From the NCBI GenBank assembly GCA_030295235.1, contig AP026127.1, positions 868,001 to 932,000 on the forward strand: DNA of 64,000 nucleotides, in the 5' to 3' direction. Of this stretch, positions 34,729 to 46,116 are shown one piece after another; the stretch's first letter is position 1, and each line of letters opens with the position of its first letter. Source of the DNA: Fistulifera solaris (lineage: Eukaryota). The translations under genes were made by a program, and so were the position numbers. The notes under the pieces are model-generated. The model did no database searches, was not told the DNA's origin, and saw only the letters and a list, made by a program, of their open reading frames with translations.

Positions 34729-35487
34729 TCACAAGTCATTACTCTCAATCCGTTCTTCGCAGACCACAAGCTCCGACTCGCCATCATTTGTAAGCATTTC
34801 ATAAACAGCGGAAACGATTATTGTGCCGTCAAGTCTATCATTAGGAATTCGGAGAGTATCAGCGATCAAATCCCCCGCGGCAGCTGCAGCAATGATCTCT
34901 ATCCCTCCATTTTGCGATAACCTCTCTATAAACACCAGCACCAAATCTGTTTGCGAAAAGGAAACATGCGAACCTTCGCTACTTTTAGTAATCACAGGAC
35001 GTTTGTCGAGTGGAAAAGAATCGCGTCGTGCAGAGGCTAAGTCCGAGTAGATAATTTGATGCCAAGCATCCGGCAGTTGTGGAAGCTCCCCTACATTAGT
35101 ATCAGGTAACGGAGTCTCGTCATTTGAAGTTGATTCACTTGGTTGACTATCTAAACAGACTCGAAAGGCATCAAACAATTTCGCACAGTCTTCGGTAATC
35201 TCGTCTTCCGATCGGCCGCTACCGGCAGCTTCCTCGGTACGATTATACCATGCGTAGAATGTTTCTTTACACGGACCTTGACCGAACTGCTGACATAACG
35301 GACAGTCGTTGTGTTGAGAACCTGAATCATCATCGCTTCGCGATCGACGCTGTTGCATGGACTGGTGAGCTAACCAGGAACTTGCAACAGCAAAGCGTGC
35401 CGCAACAAGCTGATTGCGATTCTGCGTCTTAAAAGTGACCCCGGATATTGACCTCGTTAATCTTACTAAACTTTGCCTTCTTGCCAT
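34729..35487 (-). CDS. GCK/CHCH-like (CX9C) domain protein, probably mitochondrial
   Basis: Basic presequence; CPLCQQFGQGPCKETFYAW and CAKLFDAFRVC. Confidence 0.7.
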   Translation of the reverse strand: MARRQSLVRLTRSISGVTFKTQNRNQLVAARFAVASSWLAHQSMQQRRSRSDDDSGSQHNDCPLCQQFGQGPCKETFYAWYNRTEEAAGSGRSEDEITEDCAKLFDAFRVCLDSQPSESTSNDETPLPDTNVGELPQLPDAWHQIIYSDLASARRDSFPLDKRPVITKSSEGSHVSFSQTDLVLVFIERLSQNGGIEIIAAAAAGDLIADTLRIPNDRLDGTIIVSAVYEMLTNDGESELVVCEERIESNDL

Positions 35488-35520
35488 CTTCTAAAAGTTT
35501 TGTCGAGGATAATAATGCGA

Positions 35521-35822
35521 TGAGACGCAAAACAAAAATAATAATTCGACTCAATATCCGGGTACCCCCTCTGTCGATAAATTTCCCTACGGGGCTACGT
35601 GAAATTCACGTAGACGCTCGAAGCACAGTAATTCTCCTCTTTTCTATAGTTTCATTTCAAGTATCGCTTTCTCATTGCTTTCGATACGAATAAGCTATCT
35701 TTTTTTATAGAACGAGCGAAGATTGGAACAAAAGAAACCCCAAAATCGGTATGGTAATCTTAGAACCTTCGTCGGTGAATTTCCCTACGGGCGGCTACGT
35801 GCAAACCACGTAGACTTTCGAA
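35521..35822 (+). repeat. Two further copies of the ~210-bp family core seen at 15.9-16.45 kb
   Basis: TATCCGGGTACCCCC..TGTCGATAAATTTCCCTACGGGGCTACGTGAAATTCACGTAGAC (~35556-35615) and AATTTCCCTACGGGCGGCTACGTGCAAACCACGTAGAC (~35778-35815). Confidence 0.85.
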
Positions 35823-35891
35823 TTTCAAATAGATTGAAGATACCCTGGTAACAATCCGCGTGGATTTTCGAGTGCTGCTGAAGGACCTTAG

Positions 35892-36269
35892 CAAACCACA
35901 CCCCCAGATTCCCTGGGAACTTGAAAATACAACGTGTAAACCCATCCCCCAGATTTTCTGGCAACGTGAAATTGCGACAGGTCCAGAATTTCTGGACCAA
36001 CAGTAATACCACCTCACCAGATTTCCTGGGAACGTGAGAATACAACTGGTCCAGATTTTCTGGACCAGTGTAAATACCACATCCCCAGATTTCCTGGGAA
36101 CGTTTTTAAAAAAAAATAGAACTGGTCCACATTTTCTGGACCAATGCAAATACCACAACCGCCCAGATTTCCTGGGAACGTGAAAATACAGCAGGTCCAG
36201 ATTTTCTGGACCACGTGTAAACCCATTCGCCCAGATTTCCTGGGAACGTGAAGATACGCAACTGGTCCA
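35892..36269 (+). repeat. 68-bp hairpin array (about 5.5 units), same family as 18501-18735
   Basis: CCCAGATTTCCTGGGAACGTGAAAATACA alternates with GGTCCAGATTTTCTGGACC..TAAATACCAC. Confidence 0.93.
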
Positions 36270-36294
36270 TTTGTCATCTATATTGCCGTGCCAT

Positions 36295-36315
36295 TCTATT
36301 TATAATAGCGCGCTG

Positions 36316-36346
<31 letters not shown>

Positions 36347-36467
36347 CACGTCGGTCCCGGTTGTTCAGTCCCGGGTGTGACGCTATCCCCGGGGATCGAG
36401 CCTCCCGCTTGCGGGAAGGGCGAGAACGAAAAAAGCCCTGCAGGGGCTAGACGCCGAAGGCGGCTAG
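36295..36467 (+). mobile_element. Miniature non-autonomous Helitron-like element
   Basis: 5' TCTATTTATAATAG (alternative A|TC start at 36277), internal (GT)14 at 36319-36346, 3' GC-rich hairpins AGCCCTGCAGGGGCT and CGCCGAAGGCG, then CTAG|T at 36464-36468; no TSD. Confidence 0.72.
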
Positions 36468-36530
36468 TAATAATAAGGTTACGGAGTATAGCAACTATCG
36501 CTTACTTTCCATTTCGTTAAAGTTCTTGAC

Positions 36531-37976
36531 ATGACAAAGGATAGCGACTTTGACTCTTTATTTGAAGAGGTGTCATTGTCCTGCTTCAATCTCGGACAAG
36601 ATGTTGCACTTGATGATGCGTCGTCACCGACCTACAAATTATTGCGTGAACCAAGCAGTCTCGACAGATTCTCAAGCATAAGCGTCAAATGGTTATTTGG
36701 AGGGATAACGGTACGCGTACGTATGTATCAACGCGAGCGCTCAATAATTTTCGTCCTGACAGTGAGCAACGATACGTGTCACTGACACTGGATGACGAAG
36801 GCTTCGATTTGACCATTGTCGGAAGCACGGACGATGTCATATCACAAACGGCTGCATTCTTCATCAGCTTGATGCGACCACCGACAAACATTTCCGGCCT
36901 TTCAATCAGCAATGAGTTCTATGACCACCACCCTTTCAATTTTGGTGCTGCTGGTTGTCGGTGCTTGGTGGATTTGTTCGAGACACTCCCATCTCTTCAA
37001 GTGACGTTTCAAAATCTTACACTAAGCGCAGCGCAATCTAATGTTTTGGCAACCAGATTGCGTCCCATAGACATGACCATTTGGGACAGCAACTTTGCAG
37101 ATGGAGGGAATGCATTTGTCAGCGCGCTCCAGGGCCGCGGATCGCCATTCGGTTCGCTAACCTTTCAGTGTGACGGACGGGACTTCATAGACATAGATGA
37201 TGACATCTTCAAGCGTTTGCTAGAAGTCGACACGATACAGCATTTACATCTGCCCTACCAGTATGTCGACCGAAATCATGAACTCATTCTTGCTCCTTTT
37301 TCGGCAAAGGTGGAATCTCTCAATTACTACATTTGGTCTGATGACATCACCGCAGCCGATTTGGAATCCTTGGTGATTCATACTTCAAAGCTTTCTCTGC
37401 CTATATGTTGCAATTTTTCCGACTGATTTTATCCTCACGTTTTGGCGACGGATCGCATCCTTGGGCCATTTTGTGGAGCTGGAAATTGAAATGTTGAATA
37501 AAATTGATATACCTGATTGTGTTGTGTTAGAAATCATCAATGCTGCACTTGCAAACAAAAAGTTGAGGTTTCTTAGTTTGTGGGATTCTGACGTGGATTG
37601 GGCTCCACATTTGAGATCGCTTCTTCACGGTCTGAAAGATCACCAAGAACTTCGTACCCTCCGAATAAGTGTGGATGACGAAAGAGCTTTCGGTCACCAA
37701 TTTACCTACTTGATTGACTTTCTATCGCATCATAGGAACATCACAGTGGTCGACCTACGTGGGGATCCTTATTCAGACGGTCTTCTTGTGGAGAAGATCT
37801 ATTCTTTGAACCGCTTTTACAGGGGCTCGGCAAGTCTTGCTGTGAAGCCACCATTGGAGCGTCCAATGCTAGTGGCAGCAGCTTTGACGGAAAGCGCATC
37901 AAACGATTTTCAGCGCTCTGCTCTCTTGCTCTCAAACCACCTCGACGCCTTGAACTACTCCACATTGCTCGATTAG
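36531..37976 (+). CDS. Second member of the lineage-expanded RNI/LRR-like family; several frameshifts (errors or pseudogene)
   Basis: YKLLREPSSLD, SLGHFVEL and IYSLNRFYRGSASL...ESASNDFQRSALLLSNH parallel the 32747-34368 protein; breaks near 36687, 37412 and possibly 37950. Confidence 0.65.
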
Positions 37977-38163
37977 ATGAGATGGATGACAGCGTTTCTT
38001 CAAACTTCAAACAAATGGAGAAGGATTCAGCCGATTCGCACCGCGAAGGGGAATTTAAATATACCATCGTGAGAGATGTGCATACTCTAGGTCAAGCTGA
38101 CTTTCTTCCTTATTTGACCTAACAACACAAACTTTTTACAAGACGTCCTCTCATTTTTATAAA

Positions 38164-39852
38164 TTAACATTGTGTTTTGAATTGCTCCGTTACTTCGCTT
38201 TGATTCCAGCCAAAAATTGTATCGACAAGTTCCGTCGCTAACGAGTTCACCACCGGTCTTCCTGCCTTATTCAAATAAGTGCTGACAGGATCTCGGCTAA
38301 ACGCTACGATCATGTTATGCCCTCGAGGCCAGCGTAATATTTCCTCTCCGAATAAAGGATGTGTCGACAAGGCGGCGGCAAGGTCACTCGATGAGACCAC
38401 ATTTCCCTTTTGTTTTAGCAAATTGACGGGATCGCTCTGTCTCTCACTGCCCGAAGTAACATTTTCCTTGTCTTCCTGCTCTACAGTTTCCAACGTATCA
38501 GATTCATCTGTACTGGCTGTTCTATTTTTCGGATCAAAACGGTCGGAAGCGATATCTTCGGGACGGAAGGCAAGGAAATGCTTGGAATCATATTCCGCAC
38601 ATCGATGAACACCTTTTTCCACCCAAGAGAATCCAAAGATCGCGACATTTCAACGAGGTCGTCATTTTCGTCGTCGCTCACCGAGTGATTGAAGTCTTTA
38701 TCGACCAAGTGCTGAGCAGGTGTATGTAAAGTTGCAATGACAAGCCCGTTGTCATCGACTACCAGTTTGTCGGCATCATCACCTTCTTCTACGAAATGAT
38801 GCGGGTAAGAGGATGATTCCGATAGAAAAGCCGCCGTTCTTACTGGCACTGGAAAATCGGTGGCGTAGGCATTTGCGTAGGCAATTCGTTTGCGAAACGC
38901 TCGGAGTGGTCGCAAGAATTCGTCGGTTGTGGCCATGCGCTTCAACAAGTCGTTCACCCGAAATAGATCTCTGCCTGTCTCACCCAACGCATGAGCAACA
39001 CCGATTTCTGCCGTGCGAGGAATGGGTAGAAATGTATGACCGGCAATACCTAGATGAGGCGTTGCGGTGGTGCAGAACACGTTAAAATGCAAAGCATATT
39101 TGCCGTCGAGAATGAGTACGGAGGACGTGTTATTCTTTGGGTTACACCATGCGCTTAACTTGGCGATGGCATAACGAGAATATATTCCTCCAAGACTGTT
39201 GCCTATTATTGATATTGTAACGTTCTGTAGATTGTCGGGTGAAGCGAAAGGACGCCTCTTGCTCATTTCTTCGCGTATTGTTGTAATCATCTCTTCGACG
39301 AGTCGCTCTCCACCGTTCGCAACGCCGTCATCTGTTTTCCGCTCATTGCAGACTACCGCATGAACCACGAGTTCGTGTACGGCACTCTCGACTTCCGCGG
39401 CCCGTTCCCCTGCCGTCAAATTACTCATGCGTTTGATCCTTTCTCGTTTTCGTTTCCTTTTGACTTCTTTGGCCACGCGTTCCATTTTATGCTGCAAATA
39501 ACTCAAATCACGCGAATACCCCCCGATGCCCGTGTACGAGAAAGCAAAAATGTGTGACCGTCGGTCTCTGTTCGGGAGAAGAAAACTCACTACTTTCGGA
39601 AAAATCACTATCCTCTTCGTCATCTTCGCCCGTAGAAGCATATACATCATCCTCGTCGTTCTCGTCTTCTTCGTCTACCAACGAAAATGGCGGAGCCAGA
39701 TCTTTCCACCAATCCTCACTACTCAATGTAGAGCTTCGTAATATGGAGACACGTTGTTGTGATTTCGTCAGAACGAATTGGGAAAACCAAGTCATGCCCG
39801 TGACGCTGTGACTGGTCCCCATATACAAACCCAACAGCAATAGAAACACCAT
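38164..39852 (-). CDS. DUF676 putative serine esterase/lipase (alpha/beta hydrolase); frameshifts near 39520 and 38575
   Basis: HFCFLVHGHRG, ISIIGNSLGGIYSRYAI (GxSxG), TTATPHLG, FRKRIAYANAYATDFPVP, PRGHNMIVA. Confidence 0.85.
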
Positions 39853-40501
39853 GATGGCGATATTGTTGGAACACACGGCGTTGATAGAGTCGGTTTGGTA
39901 CCAACTCAAAAGAAACGTGTCCATAAATAATATGCAGATCGAAGAGACCGTGTGCTCAAAGTCGTTATTAGTGCCTGTTTGTCTTTTTCTTTCGTAAAAG
40001 CAAGTCCTTCGACGATGTGCTGTAAGTAAGGGGCCGAATACGATGAATAGAAGTGTACGGAAACGAAACAAAGTAAACACAAGAGAAGAAGAATGACACC
40101 TTCGAACGATTGCTTATTGCAGCGTGTTATTATTCGATCGTTTGGGACCGTTGAGCGCAAGCGCCATGTTGATTGCGAGCGAGAAAAATCGACAGAAATG
40201 GAACTCGGCGAAAAAATAATTCGACACCACGGGACAACAGTAATACTGGTAAGTTCTATAGACTAGTCGGCACCAAAGAACACTATCATCAGACCCGTTC
40301 CGACAAAATTCTGACACGTTCCACGTATGTGAGTCATGTCACGGGACGAAGGACAGACCGCGCACATCACTCGCGTTATTTTTTCGCATCACCAAAATGA
40401 AAATCATCACAACCAATCGGCTCATTGTTCGCTTCTTTTTGGATTCATAATTACCCTTTTATCAACAAAATAAAGCTTTGATAGAACAGAACTTCACCAA
40501 A

Positions 40502-41961
40502 ATGGGATCCGGATTGTCGAAACACGAAGACGAAATCAAAACGCCTGCGACAAAGAAAGGAACGGTGGAAGATGCCGATCGTACTACCACGAATCCATCC
40601 GACAACGAGGAAAGCAAATGCCCTATGAAATTAAGTGACGGTTCTTACCGTTATGATTGGGGAGCCCTGTTTCGCAAAGATTTTCCTCATGGTCCGAATG
40701 GGAGTCGTCCGATTGCACCGTCCGATCCAGCCACACAAACGTCGACGCCAGAAAATACGACATCGGGCTGTCCGGTTAAACATCAAGAATACAATGTATA
40801 CTCTCAACCTCTTGATCCTACCAACAACATGCCCAAAGTTGCAAATCAATTACCTGCTCCGAATCAGACGAGACCGATCTCTACCGAGCGTGTGGCTAGT
40901 TCCATTCTCAAGGTACGTGAAAAGACTTTTGAACTATTGTGATAGATTGTAAGACGACATTTACTCACCGATTCTTTTTATCAGGGAGGAGCCAAAGAAG
41001 GGACGACATGGACGTACCCGTCTCCACAAATGTTCTACAATGCTCTAGCACGAAAGGGAAAATTAAGTGAAGAGAACGAAGAGGAGGAAATGATGGAAGT
41101 TGTGGTGGCTTTGCACAATGATATGAACGAAAAGTCGTGGAAAAAGGTATTGCAATGGGAAGCTGTAGTTGCCGACAAAGACGAGGATGCGGTTGCCAAA
41201 GAAACCAAGCTACTTAAATTTCAGGGACGACCGTCCGATTTGAGTCCTAAAGCATGGTTCAAACATTATCTGCTGGGACATCCTTTACCGTTTGATCGAC
41301 ACGATTGGGTTGTATTGCGTCCCGATGGTAGTACCGCGAGATATATTTTGGACTATTACTACAACGAACTAGATGAGTCAGTAAGCAACGCCTCCAGCTC
41401 CAGCCCATCGTCTTCGCAGACATTGTTGGTCGATGTTCGTCCCGCTTTGGATGGCATTGCTCCGCTATGGCACCGCTGTGCCTTTATGCCATGGGCTCGT
41501 CATATTTCACAATCTACTTCATTTACTCCGTTACCCATGTTGCCGACAAGTGGTCTGAAATCGCAAGTCAGTGAATCTGTACAGGTATGGCAAAGCATTC
41601 AGGCTTCGGTAGCGCAATCAAAGTCGGGTCAGCCCTCTGGGAATGCGATTTCGTCCATTAGCGAACAAGAAGCACGAAGGCTGGTCGAAGAGTTTTCCGC
41701 AGCCACGCAAAATGCCAGAAACAGCGCACTGCGCTGAATCAGTGTACTTCCGAAGAAGAATGCACTCGCGCTACTATGGATTTGACCATTGGAATGGGCC
41801 AGATTCTTTGTCCGCTGCAGCATCAAACATTACTCCAGGTGTTGCAGCAGAACGACGACTTTACCATCGAAGCAGCTTTAGAACGGGTTAGTGAATGCGT
41901 CACTTTGAAGAGCCAGCAGCATGCGGTGGCGAAACAACAGCATCCGAAGCTATTTTCGTAG
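40502..41961 (+). CDS. HCCS: Holocytochrome c synthase (cytochrome c heme lyase); intron 40913-40984, frameshift near 41710
   Basis: MGSGLS myristoylation-type start; CPM and CPV heme-regulatory motifs; WTYPSPQMFYNAL, HNDMNE, PFDRHDWVV, RYILDYY, VDVRPALD. Confidence 0.93.
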
Positions 41962-42360
41962 GATGTGAAAGTAACAAAGTTCTAGACACTTGCTGAAGCA
42001 GATATCAAGATCCGTTCCTCCTATTGTGTCCATCCTGGTTCCTGTCGCTTCTTCACATTTCATTCATTTGCAAGTATCGGATACCTTCCTGCTTCCTGTA
42101 TCTCTTCATCCATCCCAATTTTCCCTTAGCTTTGCGAAGTATCTTACCGGTATTCAATCAATTCAAAAACTAAACAAAAATTCGCAGAGTGCGGTACAGA
42201 GTACAGAACAACCGGACAATTTCAAGATGTTCCAGGAACTCGTCTTGGATGTTCCTGGCTCGGAGGATTTTGCTCACCTTTTTACAACACAACAATCCTT
42301 TCTTTATTCTCACAAAAGACAAACCAGTCAAGCGAAACGTAAAGACAAAAGCGACTTAAC

Positions 42361-43805
42361 ATGACATTAACCGTGGTCGTCGGGAGTTCTGGGTCCGGAA
42401 AGACAACCTTCTTGAATGATGTTCACAAGTCGCACAAGTGCATCTACATTCGCCAGTATCACAACATCCGACCGTATGTAACGGTTAGCAAGATCCCAAA
42501 CTTTGATCCGACTCGTCTACCCTTCTGGGATATCTATGAACGCGAAGGAACTGCCGCAACGATCAAAGCTGGTGGAACAATGGCAGGAGAGTTTACGGCC
42601 GGTCTTTCTGGAGGACAACGAAAACTACTACTCTTTGAATTGGTGGCTCAGCGCGTTGCTTCTCAAAGCAATCTTTTGATTGTACTGGATGAACCGTTCG
42701 CAGGTGTCACCGACGACTTTGTGCCTTTCATTGTTAAGCGCTTAAACGAGATGAGACAGAACCACGAAATTCTGTTGGTCACAAACGATCATGTCGACAC
42801 ACTCAAAGAAATGGCCGACAACACCATCACCGTCAGCGCGATCGACCGCACCAAAGTTCAAGTGAACAAAATCGAGGGCGTTAGTCGGGAGAAAACCATT
42901 CTTGCCCTAGCGATTGGAGACGCTTATGAGTACAAGGGCTCTTGGGACGATCTCCGATTCTTTTTGGACGTTGAAGTGTTCAACAACGGTGCATTACTCG
43001 GTGTGGCGATGTTCACACTTTTGTCTTCGGTCTCTTCCTTGCTACGTTCTGGGATTCGAAAGAAGAAAACGCCCCGCTAGTTCTGGTGGCTGGTGGTATA
43101 GTTGCGTACTTCTGTTTGAATCCTTACTTGTTGTCGCTTGCTGACTGGCGCAATTTTATGGGCGAAGAAGCTGAGGCTCTTTTACACGCCTCGAAGGACA
43201 TGAACAACTTCTTAAAGTCTTCGTTGACCATGCTCTTGATCTTGATTGTCTCAGTGGTACAATTTGGAATTACAAATGCAGTGATCAATGGACTTGAGAG
43301 CTCTTCCTTCTGGGTCGCCATGTTGATGGATAGCGCTAGCATGACATTTCCCTTCATTTGCTTCGGTCTTTATACAAAGCTTCCATTCCAGGCCGTTGAG
43401 ATCATTGCGAGCATGCCCTTCTTATTCATGATCTTCTTTTCTACGACATTCTCACCCGGGTCTGGTGTCGCTATCTTGAAGGAGTTGCGTTACTTGTTTG
43501 CAAGGTTCTACTTTTGGTGCATGATCCCGGGAATTCGCGATGACATGGAGAATTGTCCCAGCACCGACGAAAAGAACTTGCTGTACATGATTTTATCGGC
43601 TTTGATTGGTGTGGTGCTATTCTTGGCCGTCATGGGCATCAGCTCTTTGATGCGCAGCAAGAAAAACAAGAAAATGAGCTCGAAGAAAAATGCTTTGAAG
43701 GACGACGAGTTCCGTGATTTGCAGATTGAACTCTACGGTGAAAAGGCCATGGATATTCAGAGCACGAACCATTCTACGAGCTCGAAGAAAACCGAGGGTG
43801 TCTAA
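42361..43805 (+). CDS. ABC transporter, NBD-TMD (ABCG-like half transporter) with a very compact NBD; frameshift near 43020
   Basis: Walker A GSSGSGKTT, signature LSGGQRK, Walker B LIVLDEP, followed by about six hydrophobic helices. Confidence 0.8.
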
Positions 43806-44408
43806 GACGAAGAGGAACTGTAGAAACACCACATTGCATGTTTCAAAAGGAGGTTTATATCACGTGGTCGGACATATGTTTACAAATTTTCAACACTCCT
43901 AGTAATATATAAAATTCAACAAAAATTAATCTCTGTTGCTGTTATTTATCTACCTTAGGTTGCCTGTGTTGGCGTATACAATCATACTCTAGTAAAGCCA
44001 ACTCATGACTCCTCGCTTGCAAACGCGACCTACACGTCCGTCAACCGTTGTAGATGTTGCCGCCTCTTTTGCCATACTAATTACTCCAGAGTATTTAGTA
44101 CCGGTACCTGGTAGTCTGGTAAGAAGAGAGGCGTTGGATCTTCGTGGAGTTCCGATTCTGGAGAACACAAAGATCGTCCGCAACTGCACCAAATAAATAA
44201 TTCGAACAATCGGATCGCAATCGTATTGGCTGCGGCCTCCAGTTTCTCATTGAGGGCTGTTTGTGTTCATTTTGCATGAACTTTGTTCTCCGTTCGTTAA
44301 AACGAAACAAGAATAGACATTCAGGGAACGGAGGCAAATAAGTTTGAATTCTGTGTAAAACGAGCGTGATAATTGGACGAGAAATTACGCTCATCAATTT
44401 TAAACACA

Positions 44409-45326
44409 ATGAAGCGCTTGTCATGCTTACTATTGTCGTTCATTGGGATTATTGATGGCTTTATAATTTTGCCTGACCAATCTTCTGCTTTTTCGAGCCT
44501 CTCCGGAGTGTCGCGGCAGCCTTTTGCGACCAATTCGCGCTCCCTTCGGTCACAACTCAGGGCGACGGCAGACTTCGATGCACCCGAATCTCGCAATAAT
44601 GACTCTCTCGACAACACTGAAAAGATCGAAATGGCACGCGGTCTCCCCGATCAAAAGCCGAAAAAAGGAGGAGGAGGGCTCGGTGGCTACGATCCTTACG
44701 AAGATCTGCGAGGCAGCGAAATTGACGTCGGAGATCCGCAAATTAAGTTGAAAGAGAAAGAACGTAGCGTGACGTCGATTTTGGCTGAACTAGCCGCGAT
44801 TCAACAACAAGGACCTCAGAAATACTGCATTTTGGGAACTCGACATTGCAGCTATCTCCACCAACAGATTATTGAATTGCTGTAAGTGACTGCAAAGTGA
44901 CCGATCTGTATTCACTGTGTTGCTATTCTTTCGATACCTCACATGATTTTCATTACTAGGGCGTATGCACTTGTTTTGTCTGGCAATCACGTGTATACAT
45001 CCGGCGCGGGAGGGACAAACGCTGCTACAATTAAGGGTGCTTTACGGGCGGAGCGACCGGACTTGTTGACGGTAGTTATTCCCCAATCTATGAGTCGGCA
45101 AACAAAAGAATCACAGGAGTTGCTGAAAGAAGTAGAAGATGTGATCGCCATGCCACAAAACGATGATTTGTCGCTGGATGTGGCTAGTAAAATCTGCAAC
45201 TCGTATTTGTTGAGTTTGACAGACCAGTTAATCAGCTTTGCATTTCATGAAAGTAACACGGTCATTGAAGCGACGAAAGAGGCGAAGAAGCTCAACAAAT
45301 TGGTCACGGTACTGTTTCTTGACTGA
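44409..45326 (+). CDS. Plastid-targeted SLOG/DprA-like (Smf/LOG fold) protein of cyanobacterial type; intron 44882-44959
   Basis: Signal peptide ending IDG-FII plus transit peptide; LAELAAIQQQG...ILGTRH...YALVLSGNHVYTSGAGGTNAATIKGALRA...LTVVIPQS...FAFHES. Confidence 0.78.
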
Positions 45327-46116
45327 CCTGGTCATCTTCGCCCTCGCGCTCTCATTTAATTGGAAGGCCTCTCATCGCTTTTGTCAACACCGTGACATTT
45401 CTCGAAACCTCTGACCATTTTACAGGAAAGGTACATCCATAAACTAGAACTTTTGGCTAAATTTAATTTGTAATCGTCTTCGTCAAACTAGTTTGTCGTC
45501 GTTACAATCGTAGCCTAGATTTTGAAGAAGAAATAAGGCGATGGAACGACACGCTCACTCACAACGCAAAGAGATCAAGAGCCTTTCTCCGCGAACTATG
45601 AATCCAATTTCGTATCCTCCTTGAAAAATTGATCTAGGAGATAAAATAATTCTACTGAAACCTTGATTTCGTTCTAATTATAACTAGGTGTAATAAAGGA
45701 TAAGGGCAAGGAAGGGTATTAGACTAGTCTGAGGTACGGAGTAATAGCGAAAAATAGCAACCTTAGACGAGAAAACGTCGTATGGGTACCTAGAATCTCT
45801 TTATAACGTATACTGAATATTCTTTCTATATTTTTTATATTGTTCACTTGTTTTTTACTTATTACACACCCACATGTTCTGTACTTTCCCACGCCGGCAG
45901 AGTTTCACTTCTGTTTTGAATTTTGTGGCGATCGCGAATAATAATCGCGATCGTCGATGCGATCCTTTCCATTTTGCGCATTGAATTGTTCTTGCATTGA
46001 TGTTCTTTTGAACGATCATCCTCTCCATTTCCTTTCGCAATTCTTACTAAACCTCACCGTGAAAAGATTATTTGATCCCTAACGCCGTACACGAAAGGCA
46101 ACGAATCGAAGAAACC

